Assembly: GCA_038110525.1 (NCBI GenBank)
Contig: JAYNJV010000003.1
Location: forward strand, 7,644 to 71,643
From: Candidatus Poseidoniales archaeon
GTDB lineage: Archaea; Thermoplasmatota; Poseidoniia; Poseidoniales; Poseidoniaceae
Reading direction: 5' to 3'
DNA length: 64,000 nucleotides
Shown here: piece by piece, positions 28,441 to 41,753 of the stretch
How the letters are laid out: each line of letters opens with the position of its first letter
Position numbering within the stretch: position 1 is the first letter of the stretch
The notes under the pieces: generated by a model
What the model saw: the letters and a program-made list of their open reading frames with translations, nothing else
What the model was told of the DNA's origin: nothing
Database searches by the model: none
Program-made: the position numbers and the translations under genes

Positions 28441-29525
28441 GGTCAATTTACATGACAAAAAAAAGTGCAATATTGCTTTCTATAGAAAAGAGAGTATCGG
28501 CTCTCACCTTCGTTTTTTTGTTGATGTCGATTGTGGGATTCTCAATCGTCATAAGTCCAACAGCAATGTCTTCAAATCATCAATGCCAAGGCGATATTCA
28601 AAATACAAAATGGAATGAATCAATATCAAAACATGCCTTGGTACCCTTTTACTACAACAACTGGTTCTACTATGAAGACGATGGCTTTGGTGGAAAAGAT
28701 GTGGTCGTTTCTGAACCCATGATGGATGAAGAGGTCCAAGTCCAAGTTGACCAAGCCTTACATCCAGAAGAAGAATGGATGTATGCATATCCATATTCCT
28801 CTCCACTCGATACGCTAACAACCAATCATTTCTTTCAATTGGTCACAGGAAATGATAGTGCTGGTGCTGTTCGATTGAATTTATCATCATCCCACAGAAC
28901 CACGTTCTGCATTCAAATCCTATCAAGCAATTCAACAGATGCAACACCTTCTAAAGCGGATATTTATCTTATGACCTCATCGGAATATCAGAAATACCAA
29001 TCAGCATACTCAATGGCACATGACAATTACTGGTATGATTTTGATTACCGCGGGTTGGATAATGATCCAAGTCCTCCAGAATGGCAAAATTTTGACATTT
29101 CTTCATGGAAAAGTTTCAGAGATGTACACGATTACGAGAATGTGGATGCCGCTACTTTCTCCGTAAATCTCGACGGCCCAGAAGCGTACACCTCGATTTT
29201 TGGAGAAACTGTGTGGGATGAATTCTACCTTGTTATCGACGCTTGGGATAGTTCTCGAACTGGTGATGCACAGGCCCTTGGAGAGCCAGTGTATGCTGAT
29301 GTCACAGTCATTTCAAACCAAAGGTCGTTTATCTTGCCTAATTGGTCAGTTGCTTTGATATTCTTTGTGTTCTGTGCCAGTCTAATTGCAGTCCCTGTTC
29401 TCCTCAATCAACGCTACATGAAAGCAGGAATCAATCAAGAACAACAATCAACATTTGTGCCTACTGTTCAAAATGAAATGAGCAAGACCTATGATGACTT
29501 TCTACTAAAATCTGAAGAGGAATAG
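28437..29525 (+). CDS. membrane-anchored extracellular protein (signal/anchor at the N-terminus, transmembrane helix near the C-terminus), co-transcribed with the metalloprotease
   Basis: Start overlaps the protease stop (ATGA). N-terminal hydrophobic 'ALTFVFLLMSIVGFSIVI'; C-terminal transmembrane helix 'WSVALIFFVFCASLIAVPVLL'. Trp/Tyr/Asp-rich ectodomain with no family recognised. Confidence 0.55.
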   Translation: MRSIYMTKKSAILLSIEKRVSALTFVFLLMSIVGFSIVISPTAMSSNHQCQGDIQNTKWNESISKHALVPFYYNNWFYYEDDGFGGKDVVVSEPMMDEEVQVQVDQALHPEEEWMYAYPYSSPLDTLTTNHFFQLVTGNDSAGAVRLNLSSSHRTTFCIQILSSNSTDATPSKADIYLMTSSEYQKYQSAYSMAHDNYWYDFDYRGLDNDPSPPEWQNFDISSWKSFRDVHDYENVDAATFSVNLDGPEAYTSIFGETVWDEFYLVIDAWDSSRTGDAQALGEPVYADVTVISNQRSFILPNWSVALIFFVFCASLIAVPVLLNQRYMKAGINQEQQSTFVPTVQNEMSKTYDDFLLKSEEE

Positions 29526-30323
29526 TCAGTATTCAAGTAAAACCCAAGCATCTTTTAGATCTCTTACATTCACAAGACCTTTATTGCTCAGTCTGTGTTC
29601 AGTACTCAATGATGCGTAGACCAATTCTTGTCCAAAAACTGGTGCATGTAAGCGTGCCCAGTCGCCACCATTTCCAACTCCCATAAGGGCGTATTTTGTT
29701 TCAGTTTCTTTGAGTTTTTGGCAAGCCTCAACTATTTGTAGAGCATCTTGGTGGTCGTTGATTGTGGAACAAAATTTGATGATATCGCCGTTTTCAACAT
29801 TTGATTGAACCAATTCAAGGATTTCATCGGATGAAGGCGTACCTTCAACATCATGCTTTGAGCCGATGATGTTGATTCCGTTGCTCTTTGCAGAGGCAAC
29901 CAGGCTATCTCGTGATGATGAATCAATTTCCAATTCGATATCAATCCATGATACTTTCGAGGCTATTGCCGACTCCAGAATCGCAAGACGTTGCTTTTCT
30001 GTGCCAGGGAAAAATCCACCTTCATCTGTTCCGCGAACGGTAAAAATAACTGGAAGGGGGATTCGTTCCTTAAGCTGAGTGATGGTGGCTTCAACATCAA
30101 TGTCCTCGAGGTTCTTCCTTGCCCATTCTTCTTCGGGAGGCACGATAGGTTTCAATTCTCCATCCTCAGTTTCAACCTCAACTGGTTCCATTGGAATAAG
30201 ATAGAGACGGTCAAACCGAAGTTCCACCATGTCTGCTCCAGATAGATTTGCTCTCGCAGCCTCATCTGCTATTTGTTCAATATCAGTGCCATCCAAAGTG
30301 ACACAGACTTTCGGGTCTGCCAT
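29526..30323 (-). CDS. aroD: 3-dehydroquinate dehydratase, type I
   Basis: 265 aa TIM-barrel. 'VCVTLDGTD', 'VIFTVRGTDEGG', and the active-site Lys region 'CSTIND'. Matches the archaeal AroD pattern. Confidence 0.8.
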   Translation of the reverse strand: MADPKVCVTLDGTDIEQIADEAARANLSGADMVELRFDRLYLIPMEPVEVETEDGELKPIVPPEEEWARKNLEDIDVEATITQLKERIPLPVIFTVRGTDEGGFFPGTEKQRLAILESAIASKVSWIDIELEIDSSSRDSLVASAKSNGINIIGSKHDVEGTPSSDEILELVQSNVENGDIIKFCSTINDHQDALQIVEACQKLKETETKYALMGVGNGGDWARLHAPVFGQELVYASLSTEHRLSNKGLVNVRDLKDAWVLLEY

Positions 30324-30520
30324 GAATGTGCGACTTTAGACCTCTTCTTAACCATCTCGCATGGGTTCTCAAAAAATAATTTCACAGATTGGTTTTGATT
30401 TCTTCATTCTCTGTACAAAATTACTTCACAATATGCCATTTTACTCAATTTTTGAACACTATATTTACAAACCCCCGCTCCTGTGAAAAATTTAAGGAAA
30501 AGGGTGCTACTAACACGAAA

Positions 30521-30528
30521 TTTTAAAT
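30521..30528 (+). promoter_or_regulatory. candidate archaeal TATA box (TTTTAAAT), preceded by a purine-rich BRE-like stretch, in the AT-rich aroD/gyrB divergent intergenic region
   Basis: Sequence 'aaggaaaagggtgctactaacacgaaaTTTTAAATca' about 50 nt upstream of the gyrB ATG. Motif-based only. Confidence 0.3.
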
Positions 30529-30541
30529 CATGTTTTTTTGA

Positions 30542-35276
<4,735 letters not shown>

Positions 35277-35340
35277 TCGGTGACTTGAAACCACATGGAG
35301 AATTCGCTCTTTACAAGCATGTGGAAAGGGAGGTGTATTC

Positions 35341-36597
35341 ATGTCGAACAACGAACTCATTTACGATTGGAATACCATCGAATACGATATCCAACGAAAT
35401 CCTTCAAATCATCCACACGATGTATGGTTTGATGATGAAACTTTACGAGATGGTCTTCAAAGTCCAAGTGCAAGAAATCCTTCGATTGACCAAAAAATCG
35501 AATTATTGAGTTATATGGAAAAACTCGGTATTCAGAAAGTCGATTTAGGATTGCCAGGTGCTGGACCTTTCCATAGAGACCACATCAATGCAATGTTGAG
35601 TCATATCAAAGAAGAATCATTCAATATAAGGCCCGGTGCAGCAGTTCGAACCTTAATGAGTGACATTGAACCACTCGTTGAAATGCAATCACAGCATGAA
35701 ATGCATATTCAAGCCTCAGCATTCCTTGGAACAAGTCCAATTCGACAATACACAGAAGGTTGGACGATGGAAAAGTTGGTGACCACCATGGAAAAAGCCG
35801 TCTCTTATGCAGTTGAGAATGATGTGCCGGTCATGTTTGTTACCGAAGATACAACTCGGTCAAAACCCGAGGATGTCAAATTGATTTATCAGAGAGCATT
35901 GGAATTGGGTGTTCGAAGAATATGCGTTTGTGATACATGTGGCCATGTTACGCCAAACGGAGTCAAAAAATTGCTCAACTTCATTGATGAAGAAGTCATC
36001 AAAGATGCTGGTTATCATCGAAGTGATATCGAAGTGAATTGGCATGGACACCAAGATAGAGGTCTTGGCGTTGCAAACAATATCGCCGCAGTCGAGGCCG
36101 GTGCTGATGTCATTCACGGCACCGCCTTAGGCGTGGGTGAAAGGGCGGGAAATGCACCCTTGGACCAAACACTTGTCAATCTCAAACTCATGGGTGTGAT
36201 TGATAATGATTTATCGTTGCTCGACGAATACGTTCGAAAAGCGAACAAGTACATCGAGGTACCACTTCCAAGAAATTACCCTGTCTTCGGAAACGATGCT
36301 TTCGAAACTGGAACTGGCGTACACGCCTCTGCAGTCATCAAAGCCATGAAAAAAGGGGACGATTGGCTCGCAGACCGAGTCTATTCTGGCGTGCCTGCTG
36401 GAGATTTTGGATTGAAGCAAATTATCCGCATTGGTCACATGTCAGGTCGTTCAAACATCATTTGGTGGCTTGAGCAAAACGGAATTGATGCTGATGAGAA
36501 TTTGGTCGAACATCTGTTTGAAGTTGCTAAGCAACAGAAAAGAAACATGCTTGACAGTGAAATCTTTGATGCGATAACCGCTTTTCACACAGCATAA
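35341..36597 (+). CDS. HMGL-like (pyruvate carboxyltransferase) family protein, short LeuA/CimA/NifV homolog lacking the C-terminal regulatory domain
   Basis: 'FDDETLRDGLQSP' and 'HGHQDRGLGVANNIAAVEAGADVIHGTALGVGERAGNAPLDQ' are signatures of the DRE-TIM metallolyase family. At 418 aa it has no LeuA dimerisation/regulatory domain. Confidence 0.7.
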   Translation: MSNNELIYDWNTIEYDIQRNPSNHPHDVWFDDETLRDGLQSPSARNPSIDQKIELLSYMEKLGIQKVDLGLPGAGPFHRDHINAMLSHIKEESFNIRPGAAVRTLMSDIEPLVEMQSQHEMHIQASAFLGTSPIRQYTEGWTMEKLVTTMEKAVSYAVENDVPVMFVTEDTTRSKPEDVKLIYQRALELGVRRICVCDTCGHVTPNGVKKLLNFIDEEVIKDAGYHRSDIEVNWHGHQDRGLGVANNIAAVEAGADVIHGTALGVGERAGNAPLDQTLVNLKLMGVIDNDLSLLDEYVRKANKYIEVPLPRNYPVFGNDAFETGTGVHASAVIKAMKKGDDWLADRVYSGVPAGDFGLKQIIRIGHMSGRSNIIWWLEQNGIDADENLVEHLFEVAKQQKRNMLDSEIFDAITAFHTA

Positions 36598-37995
36598 TCA
36601 GTTCTTATCCGGATCTGATTCTTCGCTCTCAACTTCTTCTGCGTACTTACCTGTCCATTCAGAATCGACACTGCCGCCACTCCATTCGCCCCAAAGCTCA
36701 ATCTCATTGACATCGGTTTCATCCCTCCAAACAGGATTCTCTGTACTACCACTGATGATGAATGAGCCATTTTCGTCGATTTGCTCCTCGAGGAGGCTGA
36801 AGTGCTTAGAAATCGGTAAAAAATGCCCCACAGGCATTCCAGGGGCTGTAAATGGGTTGGTTGCAGCTCCAATGATAAGACCGTCTTCTGGGGCGACAAT
36901 ATCAACAGAAATACCTGGCGTCGCTGGATCGGAAATGGTTGCAACCACTGAACCTTCTTTGATGATGCTGCCTGAACTCACAAACATATCGAGCAAGCCA
37001 CCCTCTGCTGCCCTCAACCAAGATGAGCCACTTGCCATGATTCGAAATTTTGGACGCTGTGGCTGACCTGGAATCATTCGCAAAGAGCGTAGAACATTGA
37101 GTACACCATACACAGCGACTTTCACCGATTGATTGCCGAGAAAATCAGCCCCACCGCCCTCATAGGTGATGCATGGAATATCAACATCGTTCGCTGAATA
37201 TCGCAAAGACCCCTTCGGGGGGGATGAATCAAGAATGATTTCGATGCCAAAAGATTTTGCAAGTAAGTGTGAACTTGCATGTGAGAGGTTGGCTCGGATT
37301 TGAGGCATGTTTGTCCTGCCTTTTGCAGCACTATGCAAGTCGATTATTGCATCAGAATCTTGAATGAGATGTTCAAACAATTGATGTGCAACTCGCTTTG
37401 TTGTTGAACCCTTAGGATTACCCGGAAATTGTCGATTCAAGTCTCTGCCATCCGGAAAATACCTTGATTTTGACCTGTAACCAGGTAAATTGACAACTGG
37501 GACGATTCGAATCGTTCCTGCAAGTGACTTAGGGTCGAGGGCTCCTCCTTCATCCGTGACGACATTTGAGAGAAGATTGGTGCAAGTTGAAGGACCTGTC
37601 AATTCATCGCCATGAATTCCTCCGAGAATAGTAATACAAGGACCAGGTCGATTACCGTGTATGACGGTAACAGGTATTGGCCACTCATCACCAAGAGAGA
37701 CATTCAATAGAGGAAATTCGACAGTTCGAATCGTCCCTGGTTTGATTTTTTTGCGATAAAATCGAACATCACTCCAATCAGCATCCCTATCCCATTCAGG
37801 TCTATCCTCGCTTTTGTGTTGTTCAAGTGCTTTGCTGATCTCTATTTTTCGCTTCTTAGGAAGTTCATGGGCAAGACGAATCGGCTTTCTCGAGCCATCC
37901 TCTGCCATAAACGTTCGAAGCCGATGAAGAACATCAATACTACGATGATTTGACCATACAATCAAAGACTTTCGCATGCAACTCAAACCATGCAA
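36598..37995 (-). CDS. succinylglutamate desuccinylase / aspartoacylase (AstE/AspA) family zinc hydrolase with an acidic C-terminal tail
   Basis: 'ILGGIHGDELTG', 'GRDLNRQFPG' and 'DLHS' are the M14-like AstE_AspA zinc-site motifs. C-terminal Asp/Glu/Trp-rich extension of about 100 aa. The true start may be the internal Met (MAEDGS). Confidence 0.7.
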   Translation of the reverse strand: MHGLSCMRKSLIVWSNHRSIDVLHRLRTFMAEDGSRKPIRLAHELPKKRKIEISKALEQHKSEDRPEWDRDADWSDVRFYRKKIKPGTIRTVEFPLLNVSLGDEWPIPVTVIHGNRPGPCITILGGIHGDELTGPSTCTNLLSNVVTDEGGALDPKSLAGTIRIVPVVNLPGYRSKSRYFPDGRDLNRQFPGNPKGSTTKRVAHQLFEHLIQDSDAIIDLHSAAKGRTNMPQIRANLSHASSHLLAKSFGIEIILDSSPPKGSLRYSANDVDIPCITYEGGGADFLGNQSVKVAVYGVLNVLRSLRMIPGQPQRPKFRIMASGSSWLRAAEGGLLDMFVSSGSIIKEGSVVATISDPATPGISVDIVAPEDGLIIGAATNPFTAPGMPVGHFLPISKHFSLLEEQIDENGSFIISGSTENPVWRDETDVNEIELWGEWSGGSVDSEWTGKYAEEVESEESDPDKN

Positions 37996-38457
37996 GAAAT
38001 AGGTGTTCAGAGGAAATATGCCCCGAATTCAATCTGTTTTGGATGCGGCCCTGCCAATTCCCATGGTTTGAAGATTGACTCTCATCGTATCGAAAACGGA
38101 CTTGTCCTTCATTTTCGATGCCAGGAACATCATCAAGCCTTCCCTGGGATGATCAACGGCGGCATTATCGGTACTCTGCTTGACTGTCATGGAAACTGGA
38201 CTGCTGCTATCGCGCTAATGGATGCATGGGGTCATGATGAACCTCCATGCACCGTAACTGCCTCCTATGAAGTAAAATTGAGACGGCCTACCCCAACAGA
38301 CTCAGAACTTGTCATTACAAGCCAAGTGACGGCCATTGATGAACGAAAGGTCAGTGTTGAAATGCTCTTGGAGGCAAATGGCAAAGTTTGTGCTACCGGC
38401 ACCGGATTGTTTGTTGCTGTTGAGGAAGGCCATCCAGCGTATCATCGGTGGTCATGA
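37990..38457 (+). CDS. hotdog-fold (PaaI/4HBT-type) acyl-CoA thioesterase
   Basis: 155 aa. 'FPGMINGGIIGTLLDCHGNWTAA' matches the PaaI-thioesterase motif. Confidence 0.65.
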   Translation: MQEIGVQRKYAPNSICFGCGPANSHGLKIDSHRIENGLVLHFRCQEHHQAFPGMINGGIIGTLLDCHGNWTAAIALMDAWGHDEPPCTVTASYEVKLRRPTPTDSELVITSQVTAIDERKVSVEMLLEANGKVCATGTGLFVAVEEGHPAYHRWS

Positions 38458-38987
38458 GGGATTTGATGGTCCAGCCAAATGCTCAACAGACGATTCGTCT
38501 CGAGCAATTGCGTTCTTTCGTTCTTTGGAAAATGGCTGAGATACATGACTTTCAAACCAGTCGATATGCTACTTTGGAAAAAATTCCGTTAGGCGTATTA
38601 CGTAAAAATGCTACACAAAAACATGGCGTGACTCGGTGGCGACAACATACCCATCATCTCTCCATTGAAGGTATTGAACTTCATCCAGAACTTCTAAGCG
38701 AAGAATGGCAAGAATATGCAAAATTTGTCTTGTATCATGAGTTTTTACATGGTATTGGTTTCAAACATCATGATGCAATTTTTCGACAATTGGAATCGCG
38801 TTGGCCACTCAAAAACCGAAAAAAAGTTGGTCGCGAATTTACCGTTTTTTTACAGAGAAAGAACGCTTCTTGGCAATGGGTGTGCTCAAATTGTGACATC
38901 CTTATTTTTCGAAAAAAACCTTCTTGTGGAAAATATATCTGTAAATCATGCAAAACGGTTTTGGTCGATGAACCACTGTATTCATGA
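38448..38987 (+). CDS. SprT-like zinc metalloprotease-domain protein with a C-terminal zinc ribbon
   Basis: 'VLYHEFLHGIGFKHHDAIFRQL' is an HExxH signature in SprT-like spacing. C-terminal 'CSNCD...CGKYICKSCK' zinc ribbon. Confidence 0.55.
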   Translation: MVMRDLMVQPNAQQTIRLEQLRSFVLWKMAEIHDFQTSRYATLEKIPLGVLRKNATQKHGVTRWRQHTHHLSIEGIELHPELLSEEWQEYAKFVLYHEFLHGIGFKHHDAIFRQLESRWPLKNRKKVGREFTVFLQRKNASWQWVCSNCDILIFRKKPSCGKYICKSCKTVLVDEPLYS

Positions 38988-39024
38988 CATACATTGTTTG
39001 ATATGTTAAACGCTTCTCGCACAA

Positions 39025-41058
39025 ATGAGACACATGCGATTGAGGGAAATGGCTACCCTGCTCACGCTAACAATTCTCATTTTTCCAATGCATGTACAAG
39101 CAAATTTGAATCAAGAACCAGGGGGTGGTCGGTTCTATCTTTCGTGTGTTGATGATGAAACTTGTCAACTCACACCAACGCCAATTGGAGAAGAAATCAT
39201 TTCGGGGCAATCCACATCAACATTCATTCAGAATGAAGTCCTCAATTTTGAATTTGATTTATCGCCCAAACAAAGCCATATCGCATTATTACCTCAAGAA
39301 CTCGATGAGTTATCGATTGACTTTATACAGCAAACTGAATCATTAGGCGTCTTTCGACCTAAAGCTGAAATTCGGCTGATCACAGGTCAAAATGTCAATT
39401 CTTGGATTTTTGAATCCAACACTTTTTCCAGTCCGTCAGCATATGAACCATATCGACTTGAAAATGAACCGATGACTTATGATTTTTCTCGAGTTGTTTG
39501 GCCCGAGGACCAAGTCAAATTATTCGTTTCCATTGTTCTTGACCAACCTGGAACTTGGGAACTTCGACTTCGTGGAAATTCATTTATCAATCTTGATATC
39601 AATTGGTCTATAGACCCTAATTTTGCAGATGTTGATGAGCCTTCATCCCAACTTCAACCAGTTGAAACCGAGTTTGAAATGCTTCATTTCGGAGCACTTC
39701 TTGGAGACGACAAGGATTGTTGGAGGTTTGAAGTTCAAACCAATGAAATCATGAGGTTATACATTGACTGGTTAGAAGCACCTCTTGAGGTGGAGCAGCC
39801 ACACAGCGTCCCGTTGGTATTCGACTCCATCGGCAAAGAATTGCCTTACCCAGAAATAGTAAGCGAATTTGAGGAGGGAAATTTAAGAATTATCTATCGA
39901 TGGCGAGCGGTCCCAATCGATAGCTATACAGTTTGCCTTTCTGGGCAAGACGCTCGATTCCAACAATATCAATGGGGTGGTTCATTTGGTTTTGAAAGTC
40001 TTGGACCAGTCAATCCTGATGGGTTTCAGCCATTTTCATATTTCCCCGCTGGTTCAAGTTTCCTTGGAAATGCCGATTCAACGGTCTCGCTGGACAAACA
40101 AGGTATGAGTGGTCTGATTTTCTTTGGAATCTTATTTCTTTTCTCCCTCCTCCTTTTTACTCAACCTACAACGAATCTGACGTTACGGTACATGATTTTT
40201 TTACCCGGTGTGTTGTTCTTACTCGTGGGAGGTGTGATATTACCTACGATATCTGTCTCACAACAAAGCCAAGACGATAGCATGATTTCATTCGATGAAC
40301 TCTTCGACATGAGGCTAAGCCAATTATGGGACGTTGCAGCACCTGGAATACCCGAACAAAATCTGTATCGCCATAGTGGCGCAACTTTTGGACTCCTTCA
40401 TAGCGATTCATTTACACTAAGACTGAATGTTCAACGTGCCTATGAAGTCGATGATGGACGATGGCAATTACAAATTGAGGAGCTACAATCCTTCAGAATA
40501 GATGAAGCAATTTTTACTCAAATTTCCAAAGGAGGTGCTCAACTCAGCGATAGTGGTATGTTAGAAGACCACACAGTTCGTTTCATTTTATTGTCTGGGA
40601 GATCGTTGTTGCTTGACCTTTTGATGCTTGAATCGATGCTCATTGTTGATGAAAAACCAACCTCATCAGTCTTTGATTTACAACTCGATATGATTTCCAC
40701 GACCCCTGCTGGCTCCGTGAATGCACCAGCGTGGGCTACCCGCCCAACAAGTGTTTCCGAATCTGATTGGTCAAAGTTACAGTCCTCTTTGTTTCCTGAC
40801 CGCTTAACTATTTCGTTATGTGACTGCGAACTCGATTTGGTCGATGTCCGTTTTGAACCATCAAATCGATTTGATGCAAGCGATGTCCCAACCGCTGAGT
40901 ACGTCGTAAATTACGCTAACGTCGCATTTGAAATTTGGTTGTTCGCATGGGTTGGTGTCGTTCTATGTGCCTATGCAGGCTCTATCGAAATCAAGCGGAT
41001 TATTGTGGCAAGGAAGTTGGCGATACAAGCATCAGTACAATCAAAAATGTGGAATTGA
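39025..41058 (+). CDS. large secreted/integral membrane protein of unknown function
   Basis: 677 aa. N-terminal signal peptide 'MATLLTLTILIFPMHVQA'. Central transmembrane pair 'GLIFFGILFLFSLLLF' / 'IFLPGVLFLLVGGVILP'. C-terminal transmembrane helix 'IWLFAWVGVVLCAYAG'. Confidence 0.55.
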   Translation: MRHMRLREMATLLTLTILIFPMHVQANLNQEPGGGRFYLSCVDDETCQLTPTPIGEEIISGQSTSTFIQNEVLNFEFDLSPKQSHIALLPQELDELSIDFIQQTESLGVFRPKAEIRLITGQNVNSWIFESNTFSSPSAYEPYRLENEPMTYDFSRVVWPEDQVKLFVSIVLDQPGTWELRLRGNSFINLDINWSIDPNFADVDEPSSQLQPVETEFEMLHFGALLGDDKDCWRFEVQTNEIMRLYIDWLEAPLEVEQPHSVPLVFDSIGKELPYPEIVSEFEEGNLRIIYRWRAVPIDSYTVCLSGQDARFQQYQWGGSFGFESLGPVNPDGFQPFSYFPAGSSFLGNADSTVSLDKQGMSGLIFFGILFLFSLLLFTQPTTNLTLRYMIFLPGVLFLLVGGVILPTISVSQQSQDDSMISFDELFDMRLSQLWDVAAPGIPEQNLYRHSGATFGLLHSDSFTLRLNVQRAYEVDDGRWQLQIEELQSFRIDEAIFTQISKGGAQLSDSGMLEDHTVRFILLSGRSLLLDLLMLESMLIVDEKPTSSVFDLQLDMISTTPAGSVNAPAWATRPTSVSESDWSKLQSSLFPDRLTISLCDCELDLVDVRFEPSNRFDASDVPTAEYVVNYANVAFEIWLFAWVGVVLCAYAGSIEIKRIIVARKLAIQASVQSKMWN

Positions 41059-41064
41059 AGTCAC

Positions 41065-41676
41065 TCAATCCTTTTTCTTTGCTTTACTTTCTGCATCAGT
41101 AAGAACTTCATCCACGTCCATCATTGCGTCCTCTGCTGCTTTTTGAATCATTGAACGCTCTGCATCAGTAATTTCCCCATCTTTAGCTGCAGATTTTACG
41201 GCTGCTTGAACATTCATCTTTGCGGCGTCTTCATCTGTGATTCCCAATGCTTTTTGGAATGATTTTAATTCTTCATATTCTGAATCGGTAATCACTCCGT
41301 CTTCCCACGCAGAATCATAGGCATTCATGAGAAATTCTGTGTATGCCTGTGGATTGAGAAGTACATCCCGAATTAAACCGTGGTTTACTTCATCATTTTG
41401 GTTCGCAATGTCCATGAGTGCAATGGAACGACGAACTTCTTTGACGGCCATATCTTTCAAACCATGTCCTGCCCAAATTGCACCTGCTGCTACGACAGCT
41501 GAAGCAAACCAACGCATGATGTTCTCATCGACGAGGTCTCCTGGGCTTACCAAATGGAAGATGCCAAGCACGGCCATTGCTGCACCGCACATGATTTCGA
41601 CCCAATCATTCAAGTCTGGTTCATCATCGAAAACCGCAAGGCGTTGGTCGACCAGTTCTTCCATATCGTCGCTCAT
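41065..41676 (-). CDS. hypothetical membrane protein with tandem TerB-like ('ITDxEYxxLxxxxxALGI') repeats
   Basis: 203 aa with two hydrophobic helices, then repeated 'GVITDSEYEELKSFQKALGITDEDA' / 'GEITDAERSMIQKAAEDA' motifs reminiscent of TerB/DjlA-N. Confidence 0.4.
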   Translation of the reverse strand: MSDDMEELVDQRLAVFDDEPDLNDWVEIMCGAAMAVLGIFHLVSPGDLVDENIMRWFASAVVAAGAIWAGHGLKDMAVKEVRRSIALMDIANQNDEVNHGLIRDVLLNPQAYTEFLMNAYDSAWEDGVITDSEYEELKSFQKALGITDEDAAKMNVQAAVKSAAKDGEITDAERSMIQKAAEDAMMDVDEVLTDAESKAKKKD

Positions 41677-41753
41677 GAATTCTACTCACAACGAAGAAGG
41701 TCTTAGGTATGTCGGCCAAAATATTAGCCGTTTTCCTTTTGGACTATTGACAT

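Noticed and set aside
37213-37225. G7 homopolymer inside the AstE/AspA-like gene
   Set aside because: Short and within a well-conserved reading frame that stays open. Noted only as a possible sequencing-error hotspot, not as a feature.
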